From: Phoronis australis
Taxonomy: Eukaryota; Animalia; Phoronida
Length of the DNA: 42,378 nucleotides
Reading direction: 5' to 3'
Assembly: GCA_002633005.1 (NCBI GenBank)
Contig: NMRA01001151.1
Location: 1-42,378, forward strand
The translations under genes and the position numbers were made by a program. The notes beneath the pieces were generated by a model, which had not been told where the DNA came from, ran no database searches, and saw only the letters and a program-made list of their open reading frames with translations. This document shows, one piece after another, positions 13,101 through 25,400 of the stretch; within the stretch, counting starts at the first letter, position 1, and each line of letters begins with the position of its first letter.

Positions 13101-15194
13101 AGGTCCACAAGAGCAAATTCAACAAGACAGAATCTTTTGTTAGTATACTACAGCATTAGATTCTCTAGCATATGTTTTTGATTACTGAGTCACTGAAATT
13201 GTATCGTTTAGAGCAGCATTGTCAAAATGGACCCAGGGGAACCCAACAAACTGTTGCACACAGCTGTTTATGCAAGGTACCATTGGTGGTAAACTGTGAC
13301 CTTTCTTGAGCTGTTCTTGTTTTTCTTTCCAGGTCTGGACATCGAACAGGTCACATTGGTGGTGAACTTTGACCTTCCTGTAGATATGCAAGGTCGGGCA
13401 GACTGTGAGACGTACCTGCATCGAATCGGACGGACGGGCAGATTTGGAAAGACTGGCATAGCAATTAACTTCGTAGACGGCCATCGCAGCATCCAGATAT
13501 TACAAGAAATCGAGAAACACTTTGGTAAGAAATGTGTGGAGTGTTTCCACTTAGTACTAGAAATGTCTTTGAATTTGGACTCCCGTCTCTGAAAGTCTTT
13601 CATTTGATGTTGTCTTTGAAAATTACTTCAATAGTAGTGCAAAATCTTGTCAATTCACTGTTTTCAATGTGTTTAAAGAATCTTATGTTGCATCAGTTTC
13701 CACGGTTATTCACAAATCACCATAAAAATGTATCTGTAAAAAGCAAGATAACCATCAACAAAAAATTGAGAAGCAGTCGTAACTTGTATAAAACTGGAGA
13801 AATTTGGGTCCTCTGTAATGATTTTGTGTATTTTTGTCTGCTTGTTGTTTTACTGAAGATAATATACAAATTTCAGCATAATTTGTTTCAATAAGTTTTT
13901 GAAACTAGTACTTGAAATGGGGTTTGAACATCCTTGAAAGTCCTTAAATCTGAATGGTGAATTCTGTTCATTGTATGTTTCAGCTCTAATCACCATTCTG
14001 GTTCACTCGTCCACACAAAAGTTTTCATTATAAACTGGACAATATCGAAATGCTTCAGTGCAAAAAAGCATGACTAAACGTATTCATTGCTTTTCGACTA
14101 GAAACCATTTCAACTCTGACTGGCTAAATCCAGTGAACTCTTGGCAGGTGTTTTTCTCTATGATCCATATTGACTAAAATTTAAACAAATCTATTGTTTT
14201 GAATAAATGAAACTATTTGCAGCTAGGTGCAGTAAACACACATCTAATTAAGACAAACTTCTGAAAAACGCTATTTTATTGCTACAAAAGCTCAAAGAAA
14301 CTACCGAATAATTCTGGCAAGATTTTTATCCAAGTTTGAGCGAGACTGGTATAGTTCTGTCGAGGTCTGTCTAGTTTATTTTGAAAACTATAATTATACT
14401 GGGCATAATGTCATTTTTATTCCACTCATTTGTAACTTCCACCATTCTCATAGTACTACTAAAATTAAATAAAGTCATTCAGAAGTCACATCAAAGCTGT
14501 TTAGAATGCGTGAACAAATTTGTCAGTTGGGAGACAGCACCGAAATAAGAACATTTCATAAATTGGAGCCCTCCACGTATTTGCATATTATAATGGCTAC
14601 TCATATAAAGTGAAGTTCAATGCGGTTGAGCTGTGGCGGCTACTTTTCTGGCGCTCCACCAAAAATTAACAATTTTTTAAATTCCATTTTTAATTCTAGT
14701 CAATTTGAGAACATTTGAGTGCGCGTTTAAAGAGCATCACTGGTTAGTTTATTCAAGATTGGACATTGGTCAGTGGTCAAAGTTCCATTAATAATGAAGT
14801 TTTCTACTGAAAATAAATGGATCAAGTATCTTTTATGCACAAGTTTTGCAAGAGTCACTAGTTTAATAGGGCATGGACTCTTTCCTGTTCCCCATTTTTG
14901 TGTATATCTGTATATTCAGTGTTAGAGCTTGCCATTCTTGAATCTGGATGTTCCTATTGTAGCATGTCATGACTGAAACACTATGTTACAGTTTTTAATA
15001 AACTTAACCAATACCTGATATTCGTTACCTTAAGAACAATGCATATTACCAAAAATTGAGAATAACTTTCATCTTGGTCACTGTGTTTACATTTGGGTAC
15101 AAAGCTTTGATTGGTTTTATTATCGTCAACAGGTCGCAAGATCATGAAGTTAGATGCAGATGATGCCGACGCCATTGAACAGTTGGAGAGTTAA
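1076..15194 (+). CDS. DDX19: ATP-dependent DEAD-box RNA helicase DDX19/DBP5 (mRNA export), multi-exon, 5' end incomplete. Probable join: (1076..?),3694-3832,5832-5924,7104-7206,8051-8168,11179-11356,12183-12420,12701-12863,13333-13524,15133-15194
   Basis: The spliced exons from 3694 on are phase-compatible. They give DDX19-specific [17 protein letters not shown] motif GFNAPSKIQ, motif [11 protein letters not shown], Ia PTYELALQ, Ib [37 protein letters not shown], and stop TAA at 15192-15194. All introns are GT-AG. Confidence 0.96.
1929..3431. mobile_element. Non-autonomous Tc1/mariner (pogo-like) DNA transposon, about 1.5 kb
   Basis: 22-bp TIRs CCGTATTCACCGTAATAACCGC and GCAGTTATTACGGCGAATACGG (20/22 match), TA on the left flank, subterminal gcgcttat motifs near both ends. 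Confidence 0.75.
3623..3697 (+). repeat. 25-bp tandem repeat x3, each unit containing a splice acceptor
   Basis: tcattgttttctctgtctcagYgct repeated at 3623, 3648 and 3673. Confidence 0.9.
3694..3832 (+). CDS. DDX19: DDX19 exon ([45 protein letters not shown])
   Basis: cag acceptor at 3693, ct|gtaagt donor, and the DDX19 signature [13 protein letters not shown]. Confidence 0.93.
4674..5765 (+). mobile_element. Degenerate piggyBac element with transposase (PGBD4-like) remnant
   Basis: 5161-5370 reads [68 protein letters not shown], later [14 protein letters not shown]. Right end aaagag|TTAA at 5765; left-end match ccctttcaacacc is weak. Confidence 0.65.
5832..5924 (+). CDS. DDX19: DDX19 exon, Q motif ([31 protein letters not shown])
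   Basis: tttgcag acceptor, cc|gtaagt donor, phases match both neighbours. Confidence 0.95.
6077..6581. mobile_element. MITE with 5-bp TSD (hAT5-like), 505 bp
   Basis: Perfect 13-bp TIR CAGGGCTTGGAAT, TSD ATTGT on both sides, repeated aatttccgcg subterminal motifs. Confidence 0.88.
7104..7206 (+). CDS. DDX19: DDX19 exon, motif I ([34 protein letters not shown]), copy 1
   Basis: ttttccag acceptor, cag|gtagtg donor, Walker A. Confidence 0.95.
8051..8168 (+). CDS. DDX19: DDX19 exon, motif Ia ([39 protein letters not shown]), copy 1
   Basis: tctttcag acceptor, g|gtaggt donor, PTYELALQ. Confidence 0.95.
8978..9027 (+). CDS. DDX19: DDX19 exon fragment ([16 protein letters not shown]) cut off by contig join N at 9028
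   Basis: Identical to the start of exon 11179-11356 and stops at the single N. Confidence 0.8.
9146..9248 (+). CDS. DDX19: DDX19 motif I exon, copy 2 (probably allelic)
   Basis: Same protein as 7104-7206; only synonymous differences seen (ctg/ttg, ccg/cct). Confidence 0.85.
10134..10251 (+). CDS. DDX19: DDX19 motif Ia exon, copy 2 (probably allelic)
   Basis: Same protein as 8051-8168; synonymous acg/acc difference. Confidence 0.85.
11179..11356 (+). CDS. DDX19: DDX19 exon, motifs Ib and II ([49 protein letters not shown])
   Basis: tctacag acceptor, aa|gtaggt donor, DEAD box, GHQDQS as in vertebrate DDX19. Confidence 0.96.
12183..12420 (+). CDS. DDX19: DDX19 exon, motif III ([19 protein letters not shown]...IGQSMIFCR)
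   Basis: gtttcag acceptor, aga|gtgagt donor, SAT motif. Confidence 0.96.
12701..12863 (+). CDS. DDX19: DDX19 exon ([54 protein letters not shown])
   Basis: tttttgcag acceptor, g|gtagga donor, near-identical to the vertebrate DDX19 RecA2 segment. Confidence 0.96.
13333..13524 (+). CDS. DDX19: DDX19 exon, motifs V-VI ([15 protein letters not shown]...[15 protein letters not shown]...IEKHF)
   Basis: ttctttccag acceptor, g|gtaaga donor, [10 protein letters not shown]. Confidence 0.96.
15133..15194 (+). CDS. DDX19: DDX19 last coding exon ([19 protein letters not shown])
   Basis: caacag acceptor in phase 1, resembles the vertebrate C-terminus KKIERLDTDDLDEIEKI, TAA stop. Confidence 0.92.
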
Positions 15195-15290
15195 GGACGT
15201 GCTGTCCTGAGATCTGATCTGGATAGTGTGCCTAAAGATATCGATACACGGAACTTTAATGACTTTATACAGACATAGTGTTTTGCTTGA

Positions 15291-15296
15291 AATAAA
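15291..15296 (+). promoter_or_regulatory. Candidate polyadenylation signal of DDX19 (second AATAAA at 15570-15575)
   Basis: AATAAA about 100 nt after the stop codon; usage not shown by sequence alone. Confidence 0.4.
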
Positions 15297-15965
15297 GTCC
15301 TGTGCCATCCGTTGCTATGGATACCGAATCAAATCTAAAGGAAAAAGAAGTTTGTACATCTGGGTGATTTGATGGTGTTTTAGTGTACAGTGGTTAATAT
15401 TAAAGGTTTTTATTGGGAGAAATCATCGTTTTATACAAAGCATACGAGATCATTCAGTCGTCGTGTTTTAGCCGAATGACACATTCGTTTGACACTTTTC
15501 GTACTATTGAAGGATGACGCAGATGGTGACTTCTTTCATATTGTGTTGTATATATTGCCATCAAAGTTTAATAAATTTTCCAAATTTTTATGTTGTATTC
15601 TCATTAATAATTTTCGCCAGTGTCCTCTGCCTATATCATGTATGTATGTTTTAATTCTTTTGATGTATTGAGTGAGTGCAGCCCACATTCACCATTCAGG
15701 TATACTGTACTTGGCAAATGTACTTTGTTAAAATGTCTTGGAATTACCGTCATGGCATCTGTGTGCAACCCTGGAAACCCTATTCTGTGATTAGGGTGTT
15801 GATGCATCAAATCAACTGGTCATTCCAGTTACGGGAAATGCACTACCTGTGACATGGTGTCATTTTGTGACAAAACTTGCTTGATTGAAATTCTGTGACG
15901 TTTTCAGAATTCTGTGGTTCCTTTTTTCTCAGTTGTAAATTCCTGAAATTCTTCATTATCACTGA

Positions 15966-16013
15966 CAAATATTGCGTCTTGCCTATGTGGCAAATATTGT
16001 GTCCTGCCTATGT
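15966..16013. repeat. 25-bp tandem duplication
   Basis: caaatattgcgtcttgcctatgt and caaatattgtgtcctgcctatgt, 25 nt apart. Confidence 0.6.
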
Positions 16014-17207
16014 TACAAAGTAAAATTATTAGGACTTATACATGCAAAAAGCACCACAACACTGTGACAAATGACACTTACCTGTGACATTTTGAAGTGT
16101 GACAAATTGCAGCTTGCCACTACTGTAAACATGAATCCATTCTGTCATTGGTTTATCAGTAAGTGGAATTAGCGCTCCTGGTGGGAAACTATTGTGCTTT
16201 GTCCCATTTCTTTTGCCTGGTAGCAATTTAATGTTTTCAGCATTATTAAAGACATATACTATTCAAGTTCATAGTTCTGTTAGTAGTTACTTGTTAAGTT
16301 GTAAGAAAACTGTGAAGTCTTATGCAGATTAACACGAAGTATTTCTCCTCATCACCATTGCCTTTAAACAATGAACACTAAAATTTATGTTTTATTACCG
16401 TTTGGTGTTTTCAATATAACACGAGTACAACATTGAAAATTTTCAACTGGGGAAATGGTCGAGCTTCATTATTGTCTGCTTAATCAGAGCATGAGTTGGT
16501 AGTCACTTTCATGGGTCCCACAGCTTGAGAACCTGTTTTCTCCAATCAGTATCTGGCATTAAATTGTGTCAAAATCCAGGACTTTTTCAAATGCGAGTGA
16601 ATGCTGTGTGGCTCAAAGTAGATGACCAGGATCGTACGTGTCTATGCTGGTGAATTAAAAATCACCTTCAAAGTAGCATATCGGATGTGGTTGATTACTT
16701 GTACAAAATTAGTAAATTCATGTTCAAGTTTTGATGCTTAGTTACAATATAACTTGAATGCAGTAGAAGTCTAAAGTATTGAGACAAAGCGACCCAGAAT
16801 TCCTTGTCATGATGACTTGGTAGAGGCCGAATTCGTTGTCAGGGTAGTCGTCCCTCATGACAGAGAATGTAGGGGGATTAACAAGAAAGTTTGTAAGGTG
16901 GCTAAAGCCATTCTGTACTTAAAAGCTTGCTGCTCAGGTTAACAGTTATTACAATTAAGAAAGACGCAATCATGGGCATAACAAGGCGTCAAGCAAGTCA
17001 ATTTGATGCAATTCTGGCGCTTTCCTATGCTACATGTTCACAACTTATGTATAAATCCAGGCCTGTCTGCTGGATAATCTTACATCACCCAATTGTCCTT
17101 TCACGTCGTAGGTGGCGCTGTAACAAAGAAATCTTATGCGCTTTCAGCTAGAACCTGTGTTCAAAATTTGGTCACCATTAATTTCGAAGTGAATTAATCC
17201 ATTCAAC

Positions 17208-17238
17208 CATAGATATTCGTTATAGTCAATAGTCTATG
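17208..17238. mobile_element. 31-bp CATAGA...TCTATG insert, P-superfamily footprint-like
   Basis: Inverted ends catagat / gtctatg; flanks attcaac / attcaag (6 of 7 match). Confidence 0.55.
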
Positions 17239-17478
17239 ATTCAAGCATTATGGTTGGTCTGTTAACTTTTGGACCGCTATGCTCGGACTTTGTTTCGAAA
17301 TAACTTTGTTAGTTTAGTCACAAGACAGCAGCCTCCAAGTAGAAAAACTGAACGATTTCTTCGATTAATGTGCATTACAATTTCAAAAAAATATGCAGAA
17401 AACAAATTGCATCTAAATATACAAAGTATACATTTTCAGATGTTTTAATTGTGTATCGACTACTCTACACTGTGTTAC

Positions 17479-17500
17479 CATAGATACTATATAGTCTTGG
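17479..17500. mobile_element. 22-bp CATAGA... insert, P-superfamily footprint-like
   Basis: catagatactatatagtcttgg flanked by the exact 7-bp duplication GTGTTAC. Confidence 0.6.
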
Positions 17501-19258
17501 GTGTTACCGCTATGTAGGACAGGTTATTTGATTCTCAATGTCACGGTTATATGGGACCAGCACAATGTAAAAATTCTGGAATGTCGTATCATATGATACT
17601 TTCTAGAATGATACTATGCATGAACGACTAGTTGCCAAAAATGGACTACACTGACCATTCTTGATATTTCATCATAAACACAGCAGTATCAAACGAAATT
17701 TGCGGCTGTGTCAAAACAGTTGTTTTGCAGTGAATGCATTAGTTTCTTGTTAGTAATGTCAAAAAGTAGTCTAAAGGCTTTATTCTGTCAGAAAATATTT
17801 ACTTTTTAGGTAAAATCTATAATTTTCAATGTATTTGGTTAAATGCGATAAAAAAATCTTCAATTTGGACTCAATATAAAGGACAGACACTGAGGCATGA
17901 TGGTAAATTTCATTTTGTGAAAATTCTCAATTTTAAACCTACCGGTATCTAAATTATCGGGAATGGAAAATTTGCTTTGTTTTTAGCAAGTTTCAGTCAT
18001 GATGGCGTTCTCCCGTTCATTGACTTTACGAGAAGTAGAGGGTTGTGAGCGTGTCAGGATAACATCTAGCTCCTTTGTTAACTGTCACAGGCACAGTCTT
18101 TTGCCTGGTGTGAGAACAGGCAGGCCAATTATCTACCAGGCTTATTGCAGACCATGTGTAAATTAGTTAAACCCTGAGCGAATTAATTGGTACGTTTGGA
18201 AAGAATAGATTGTAACTTCGGTTGAAATTGGGCGATTTTGGCGATTCAAAAACTAAACATGATCACCATTTGACGAGGCCACATTGAGACTGTTGATTTA
18301 TGTTCAGATATGATGTAACTCCGTCAACTCATATTTTAACTGCACAGCCCAGTCAGGATTCTACGATCTTATGGGAGATTAGAGCAATTATCAAACAAAA
18401 GAGTCTAGCTGGCCCTCCAACCGTAAATGCCAGAATGGAGTTAATCAGATCACGTGTAAGATATTGGCTACAGGCGACATCTTCCCAACGTCTCTCAGTA
18501 TAGAATCGAACAAGTTGGGATCAACGGGAAAACGCTATAATGGGTATGGCGGAGCTATTACCAAACAACATTTTGTCAAATTTCTCAAATTTAAATATAC
18601 CATTAACTAACTATCCGGAAAATTTGCTTTGAGCAAGGTATAGGCCAATGGCGCAGCAATTGACAAAACATTTGGTAAACCATGTGCCTTGTATTCGCAA
18701 CAATGTGGTAAGTCTCTGAAAAACAGAAAAATTTTACCAATTGTTGTTTTTGTTGTAAACTGAAGAATTTTAACCCAACACTCACTTGTCGACAAGGTCC
18801 TATTAACCTAACGTTCTGAACTAATGGCCTGCCAGTGAGTGGACACCGTCTTTCCTGCGCCCATCATCATGACGTTTGAAAATGTTTGAAATGAGGCCAT
18901 TGATACATGTGAAAAGATCTCAAATTAAAATAAACGAAAAAATAAATCCGTGCTTTGTTAATTAGGCCTATAGATATTTGTCATGAACTTGTTCGCAAAT
19001 TGTTGCAGTGAGGCCAGAGTGATCGAGGGTCATATTTTTGTTAAGTGATTAATTTCAGATTCCATACTGCAAAATCGTCTTGGAACAAAGCGAATGACGT
19101 TAAAAGCTGGGTGTGAATTCAATGTTGGCATTCAGGAACGGTTTATGATACCTGTCAAAGTAGCAATATACACTTTTTACAGTAGAGTGTAAATATCGCT
19201 GAACACCGGGGTTCAGTGTGGAATATCCCGGCGGCGGTTTACCGTGTTCTTACCTCAG

Positions 19259-19464
19259 ATGGCGCTGTTGCATTCCAAGATGGCAGCTTCCTTTGTCAAG
19301 GTTGTGTTTTGGATACTTGGCTCATTTTTTGTGGCCCACACACAACACTCCGTGCCCGTAAAGGAATATGTACTGAATTTGGACCTCCCCGAAGAAGATA
19401 GATGGACGGAAATAATTAAAGAGCACAACTTCTTGACTGAAGAGAATTTGGACGCCATAGTTAG
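19259..19464 (+). CDS. NAAA: NAAA-like exon 1 (signal peptide plus start of alpha subunit)
   Basis: ATG at 19259, hydrophobic FVKVVFWILGSFFVA, motif LNLDLPEEDRW, ag|gtgcag donor in phase 2. Confidence 0.85.
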
Positions 19465-22400
19465 GTGCAGTGAACTTTCGTTTTCTCTTGAGTCTTGTTT
19501 ACTTCCTCTTACAGTTACAGCACAGTACACACACTCAGGTTAAAGTTAAGTCTGTTTTTGAGTCATCGCTATTACTAAAAGAGTCTGACACCATTCCCCG
19601 AGAATATGTTGATGTAGACCTAGTGTGTTGTTTGCTGTGAGATATGAACCTGTGAACATGGGATTATGCCGATTATGGTTTTGGTTCATATAACCATGTA
19701 TGCATGCAGTCTCGGTAACAATAACAGTACAGTCTGAGGTGGTGGCCATCTCATACGCTCTTCCGGAAGCTTTTCGGTAAATTCTCACACTGTTTAAATC
19801 ATCAACATCCCATTGCTGTAAGTACCTTTTTGCGCAAGAAGCAGGGCTCGACATAACGAGCTGCAGGTCGCATTTGCGACCTGAAATTTGGAAATGCGAG
19901 CTGAGATTTTTGTCAGCTCGTATCAAGTCGCAAAATGCGACCTGGAATTTCCAACGAATGCGAGCTGAGTTTTTACACTTCTCAACAGATACCTGGCACA
20001 TACAAAGCAGCTCTTGTTAATCCGACCGTTATTTGGTCGTTGCCAAATCCAAGTTCAAAACAACACTAACGAGAACAGCCCTCCCGATGACTTGTAAGCA
20101 AGTCGCGTGAACATGGGATATGCAGAATCGATCTTCGACGCGTTTCATTGGCTAACACTTTCGGCCACTTTTGTAAATTCCCGGATTCGCCGAAGAAAGT
20201 TTCGGGCCACTGCTTAATACGTGATAAAACTTCACAAAACAACGGTGTTTCTATTAATTCTTAAGCGATCAACTTACCAAACTTTGTGGTGNNNNNNNNN
20301 NNNNNNNNNNNNNNNNNNNNNNNNNNNNNNNNNNNNNNNNNNNNNNNNNNNNNNNNNNNNNNNNNNNNNNNNNNNNNNNNNNNNNNNNNNNNNNNNNNNN
20401 NNNNNNNNNNNNNNNNNNNNNNNNNNNNNNNNNNNNNNNNNNNNNNNNNNNNNNNNNNNNNNNNNNNNNNNNNNNNNNNNNNNNNNNNNNNNNNNNNNNN
20501 NNNNNNNNNNNNNNNNNNNNNNNNNNNNNNNNNNNNNNNNNNNNNNNNNNNNNNNNNNNNNNNNNNNNNNNNNNNNNNNNNNNNNNNNNNNNNNNNNNNN
20601 NNNNNNNNNNNNNNNNNNNNNNNNNNNNNNNNNNNNNNNNNNNNNNNNNNNNNNNNNNNNNNNNNNNNNNNNNNNNNNNNNNNNNNNNNNNNNNNNNNNN
20701 NNNNNNNNNNNNNNNNNNNNNNNNNNNNNNNNNNNNNNNNNNNNNNNNNNNNNNNNNNNNNNNNNNNNNNNNNNNNNNNNNNNNNNNNNNNNNNNNNNNN
20801 NNNNNNNNNNNNNNNNNNNNNNNNNNNNNNNNNNNNNNNNNNNNNNNNNNNNNNNNNNNNNNNNNNNNGGCGGTCGTGAAGAACAGTAAGGCCGTACCTG
20901 CATGAATGAAGTCAATTTTGACATCCGGAATTTGTGAGTATTTAACGCTGCAGGTAAGAGCATAATCTAAACATTTTCTCGATGATCTAAGAAATCTATT
21001 TTGGCGCGTAGAAATGGCGGGAAAATTTTGCGACCTGGCGTTTAGGAATGCGAGCTGGATTTTGAAAATGCGACCTGGGATTTTGGCTAGGTCGCAAAAT
21101 GCGACCTGGCGATTTTAATAGCGTCGAGCCCTGAGAAGGGATACCTTAGGACGTTGTCGATATCTTTAATTTCTTCCAACTTCAACTTTTCAAGTAAGCT
21201 TTCTTTCAGTTGCCCAAACCAGCAACTGGCCATTTTTCTAGAGGACCTACAAAACTCGGCCCACCGCCTACCTGATAGTTAACTACTTTGTGTTGTTAAC
21301 CTTAACACTATCAGCTTCATCAGATAATAGTCTTGTATCAGCAGGAGGTTGGTGGTGTCGTGCCATATTATCGATTTGGGTTTCAGTTTTCTGTGAATCC
21401 CGTGTTCATAGTTAGGAATTTTTTCATTCTGTACTTATTAACAGTCTACTTTTCATGAAGCAATATGACTCACATTTGGGATGGAATTAGTTTTTGATGC
21501 TGCTTTTAATCGCTCACAAGTGCATTCGGACACCGATCACTTTTTCTCACTTCCTGTGCTTTCATTGTATTTGTTTGAGCCTTCGTTAACAATTTGTTCA
21601 TTCTTCTTCTTGGTTTTGCTGGTGCTGTGGTCTTTGAAAAAATTCACTTCTTTTCAATTATATCTTTTTTTGTCCTGCTGAGTTTAACTGGCTTCTACGG
21701 GACTCATTATCTTTCTTGGCTCGTCAAAAAAAGTGTCCAGATTTTTTGTGATCCATGTTGGTTAGGTTGGCCCAAAGGTAATGTTAACAGTACGTACTCT
21801 ACACGACATTTAAAAGGTGCTATCAATTGATTAAACATCACTTTACTGTCATACTTGTCCAATGTGTAGTAGTTAGGGGTAAAACGTCGTTCAAAGCGTC
21901 CGTCTGCCACTAATAATGAGCTTTTCATAGATCAAATCATTGTCATTTTATAGGTTATATTTGATGCAATGTTTGGTGTTGGAGCCATCAAACTTCTTTA
22001 TTCATAAGCATGCATATATCATTCAAAACACATTCATAGAACATTCATGTACCTACAAAACAGCAATTCTGTTACCTCCTAATCCTGAACTCAAATGATA
22101 AATCTGTTCACGCGATCACAATTTTGACACGTGCGGGTTAATGTTTGGTGTGCAATTTGAGTGTGATGCATATGTCACTTGATTCTACTCTTTCACTGTG
22201 TGAACTTGTGTCTTATATACAATCATCTTGAATTCAACTAACAAGTTAGAAGTCACTGAGCGACAACAAAAGGAATCCCTATAGTAACAGTGCCACCACT
22301 GGGACTTTTTGAAACTAGGTGCAGTGTTCTCCACAACTTGTTTTAACTCGACGCCCTAGCGAGTTTGAATTTAGCCGCGTCGAGTTTGGAAAACGTGCCT

Positions 22401-25400
22401 CGAGTTTGAAAGTGCTGCGTCAGGTTTGAACTTTTGGCCTGGCTTGGCATTTCAGCCCTCAACACGAAAGCTGGGCCTTATGAACCAACATCAAGCCCAT
22501 TACAGATTGTTAGAGGCAGTCAACACTATATGTATAAGTTTGTATGGCACTACAAGAGTTTAAATTATCATTAATAAAATCTGCAAAAATCTTTAAATAA
22601 TAACAATTTCATGGAGTCATCTAGCTTGCTTAAGCAACTGTCTAATTTACTTTGTCATCTTAACTGTAAAATTTTGCAAGTCAATCTGTAAAGAAACAAT
22701 TTAATTGGCTTAATAAAGACAATTTTGATTTTGACTGACATCTAGTGGCAAGTTAGAGCTTTTATGAGCTTATTCAACTTGACAACAGGTGTCACTAATA
22801 ACTAGGTCACATCAGAACTCATGTTAGTAGTACTTAATATGTCTAATTGATATTAAAATTGGCATTGATATTATTAAAAGAACTTTTAATCTTTTGTTTG
22901 ATGCTCTGGGTCTGTCAAATGCTTTGGAGGAATTATGAGATATATTGGTAGGAAAGCTAAACTTTGATGTGTATAAAAAGTAGGTCACACCAGTGCAGTG
23001 TGCAGTTTTAAACCATGTATAAACACCTCCAGCACACCCATGGTTATGATTAGAAATGACACGATGTCAACAACTCCTATTTAATATTTTCCTCGAGTTT
23101 GGAATTTACAATGTGGAGAACACTGAATATACAAGCAAACAAAGCAAAGCAATGGACTTTACATTTAGATTGGTAACACCTTGTACAGTTCAGTTTTCGA
23201 TTGCATTTAGAACAAAAGTGTAAACAGTCTCAGTGATATCTTCCTTTGATACTGAAGAACACCCCTAGAAGCATACAATTTGGGATGCATTCACTGGTAC
23301 GTTTCAGTAGTGTTGCTTATTGGTTTAAGCAACCAAAAACATTTTACAGAAATTTTCCATTACATTCATAAAGCAGTAATGGTAGTTGGTCACCAAAGTT
23401 TTCTTTTAATCAAGATTACACTACATTTCATTGGCTCCTCCTGTTGACCTTCTCATCCATAATTGTTCACGTACTCAACCTTGCTTCATATTGAGTAGAC
23501 GGGGCTATTTTGTGTTGGGCGTAATTCTTCACTTATTTCGCACACAATATGGCCGAGAAGTGGAAGTTCATTTTTTCAGATTTCTCCGTAGAAATAAAGA
23601 TTAAAAATTGTTTAGTGTGTTACTACCATGGGGTGTACTATGCTGATGTCATAAAAGAACTTTTGGTAAATTTTCCGTTACGGTATTTGCAGTAATCATC
23701 TATCTTTGATAAATGAAAAATTGACTGCTACTGATGATCCGACCCTGTTTCTTCGGCCACAAGTCGGCTTTCCTCACTGTACCCTAGAATAGCCCCTGCA
23801 ATGCAAAAGTTATATTAAAGGTAGTGTTCACTCGTATTTTTATATTCTAAGTGTAGCAAGATGATTTATTACTGATGCTTTTGGAAAACATGCTTGATAA
23901 TGCACCTGATAAGTACTTTTATGTTGAGCTTAAAATCTGTTCGTTATTTACCTGTATAGCGTGCCTCGCTGTAACATGAGACATTATTTTCCTCATGTAA
24001 ATCTCTGTTCATCTCATCTTGGCGTGGTTGAGTGTTGCAGCTCAGCCTTTCCACCTGCAGTCTCATTTCTCTCATCTCTGACTGAATCTGTTGAACATCG
24101 CAGCTCAGTCTCTGAATCTGCATTCTCATTTGTCTCATCTCTGACTGAATCTGTTGAATGTTGCAGCTCAGCCTGTTAATCAGCACGCTGGTTTGCTTCA
24201 TCTCTGAGTGAATCTGTTGAATGTTGCGACTCAGTCTCTGAATCTGCATTCTCATTTGTCTCATCTCTGAGTGAATATGTTCAATGTTGCAGCTCAGTCT
24301 GTGAATCTGCAATCGCACTTGTCTCATCTCTGACTCAATCTGTTGATTGTTGCTGCCCAGTCCCCTAATCAGTAGTCTCAATGGTATCATCTCTGACTGA
24401 ATCTTGGCCAACTGCTAGTTGAGTTTATGAAGGTCTGTGTAAATATCTAGAAAATTAAAAATTGCAACTTGGTAACTGTAGTATATATTTTCTTCTTAAT
24501 GTATAGAAATCCTGTAGAATTCGATTTCTGTCTTGATGCCAGTCTGCTATTACATAGGTCACGTGATCATGTGTTTTTAGTTAACATTAGAAAAGGAAGA
24601 TGCACCCGTAACAAATGGCAGTATCGATAACTGGACAAAATTTTGTTTGATATAAAACAGGTGAATTCTCATAAGCTCTGTTACTGTTTCTTAATAATTT
24701 CAGTTTGTTTGATGCAACTTTTGATATTTTCAAACGCATCATAAAAATCCCATTTTTGATAGCCACTCATTCAAAAGTTACAAAGTTTTGAAAATAATTC
24801 CCAACGGTTTTTGGAAAATAGTGCATTAAAGCATAGTACCTGAAAGTTTCCTATAAATCCAATCGGCCATTTCTCAATTGTGATGTTCAGAGGTTTGCAA
24901 AATTTGAGCTTTACGGAGATCCTTCCTTGACCTCAAACACTTACATTCTGTTGACAAAAACAGAAAATTTACCCATATTGTTTTGCTATAATATACCTGT
25001 GATTTATGAATTCCATGCGTTTCAAATTGCTGAGCAGTGACATTTGAAATGTAAAATTGGAAAATACTCATTGCAAACATTTTTAAGTCTGGTCTGCGCA
25101 ACACCAGTGGAAAAAGTAAAATATGAGTGGAAAGTTGACATCACATGTATGCGCATCGAGCATGTGTCTGGCATTTTTTCATTGACACTTTTTACAAGAC
25201 CAACTCTGTGAATATGCAAATATGAGGTCATTCGTATTTTCGAGATTTTTTCCTGTGTCGATCGCTGCAATGTGTAATTGGATCTTAGGATGCAATCTTT
25301 TTCATCCTTCTGACTTACAAAATGCAACCTTTGTTTTTGTAAGAGTCCAGTTTTGTAAGGTCAATACGCTATTGCGAATATTGTGAATATGTATATCTTG

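Noticed and set aside
12559-13603. Minus-strand ORFs of 100-122 aa
   Set aside because: Antisense shadows of DDX19 coding exons
20221-20963. Three long ORFs of 197-229 aa in the ORF track
   Set aside because: They consist almost entirely of X from the N gap
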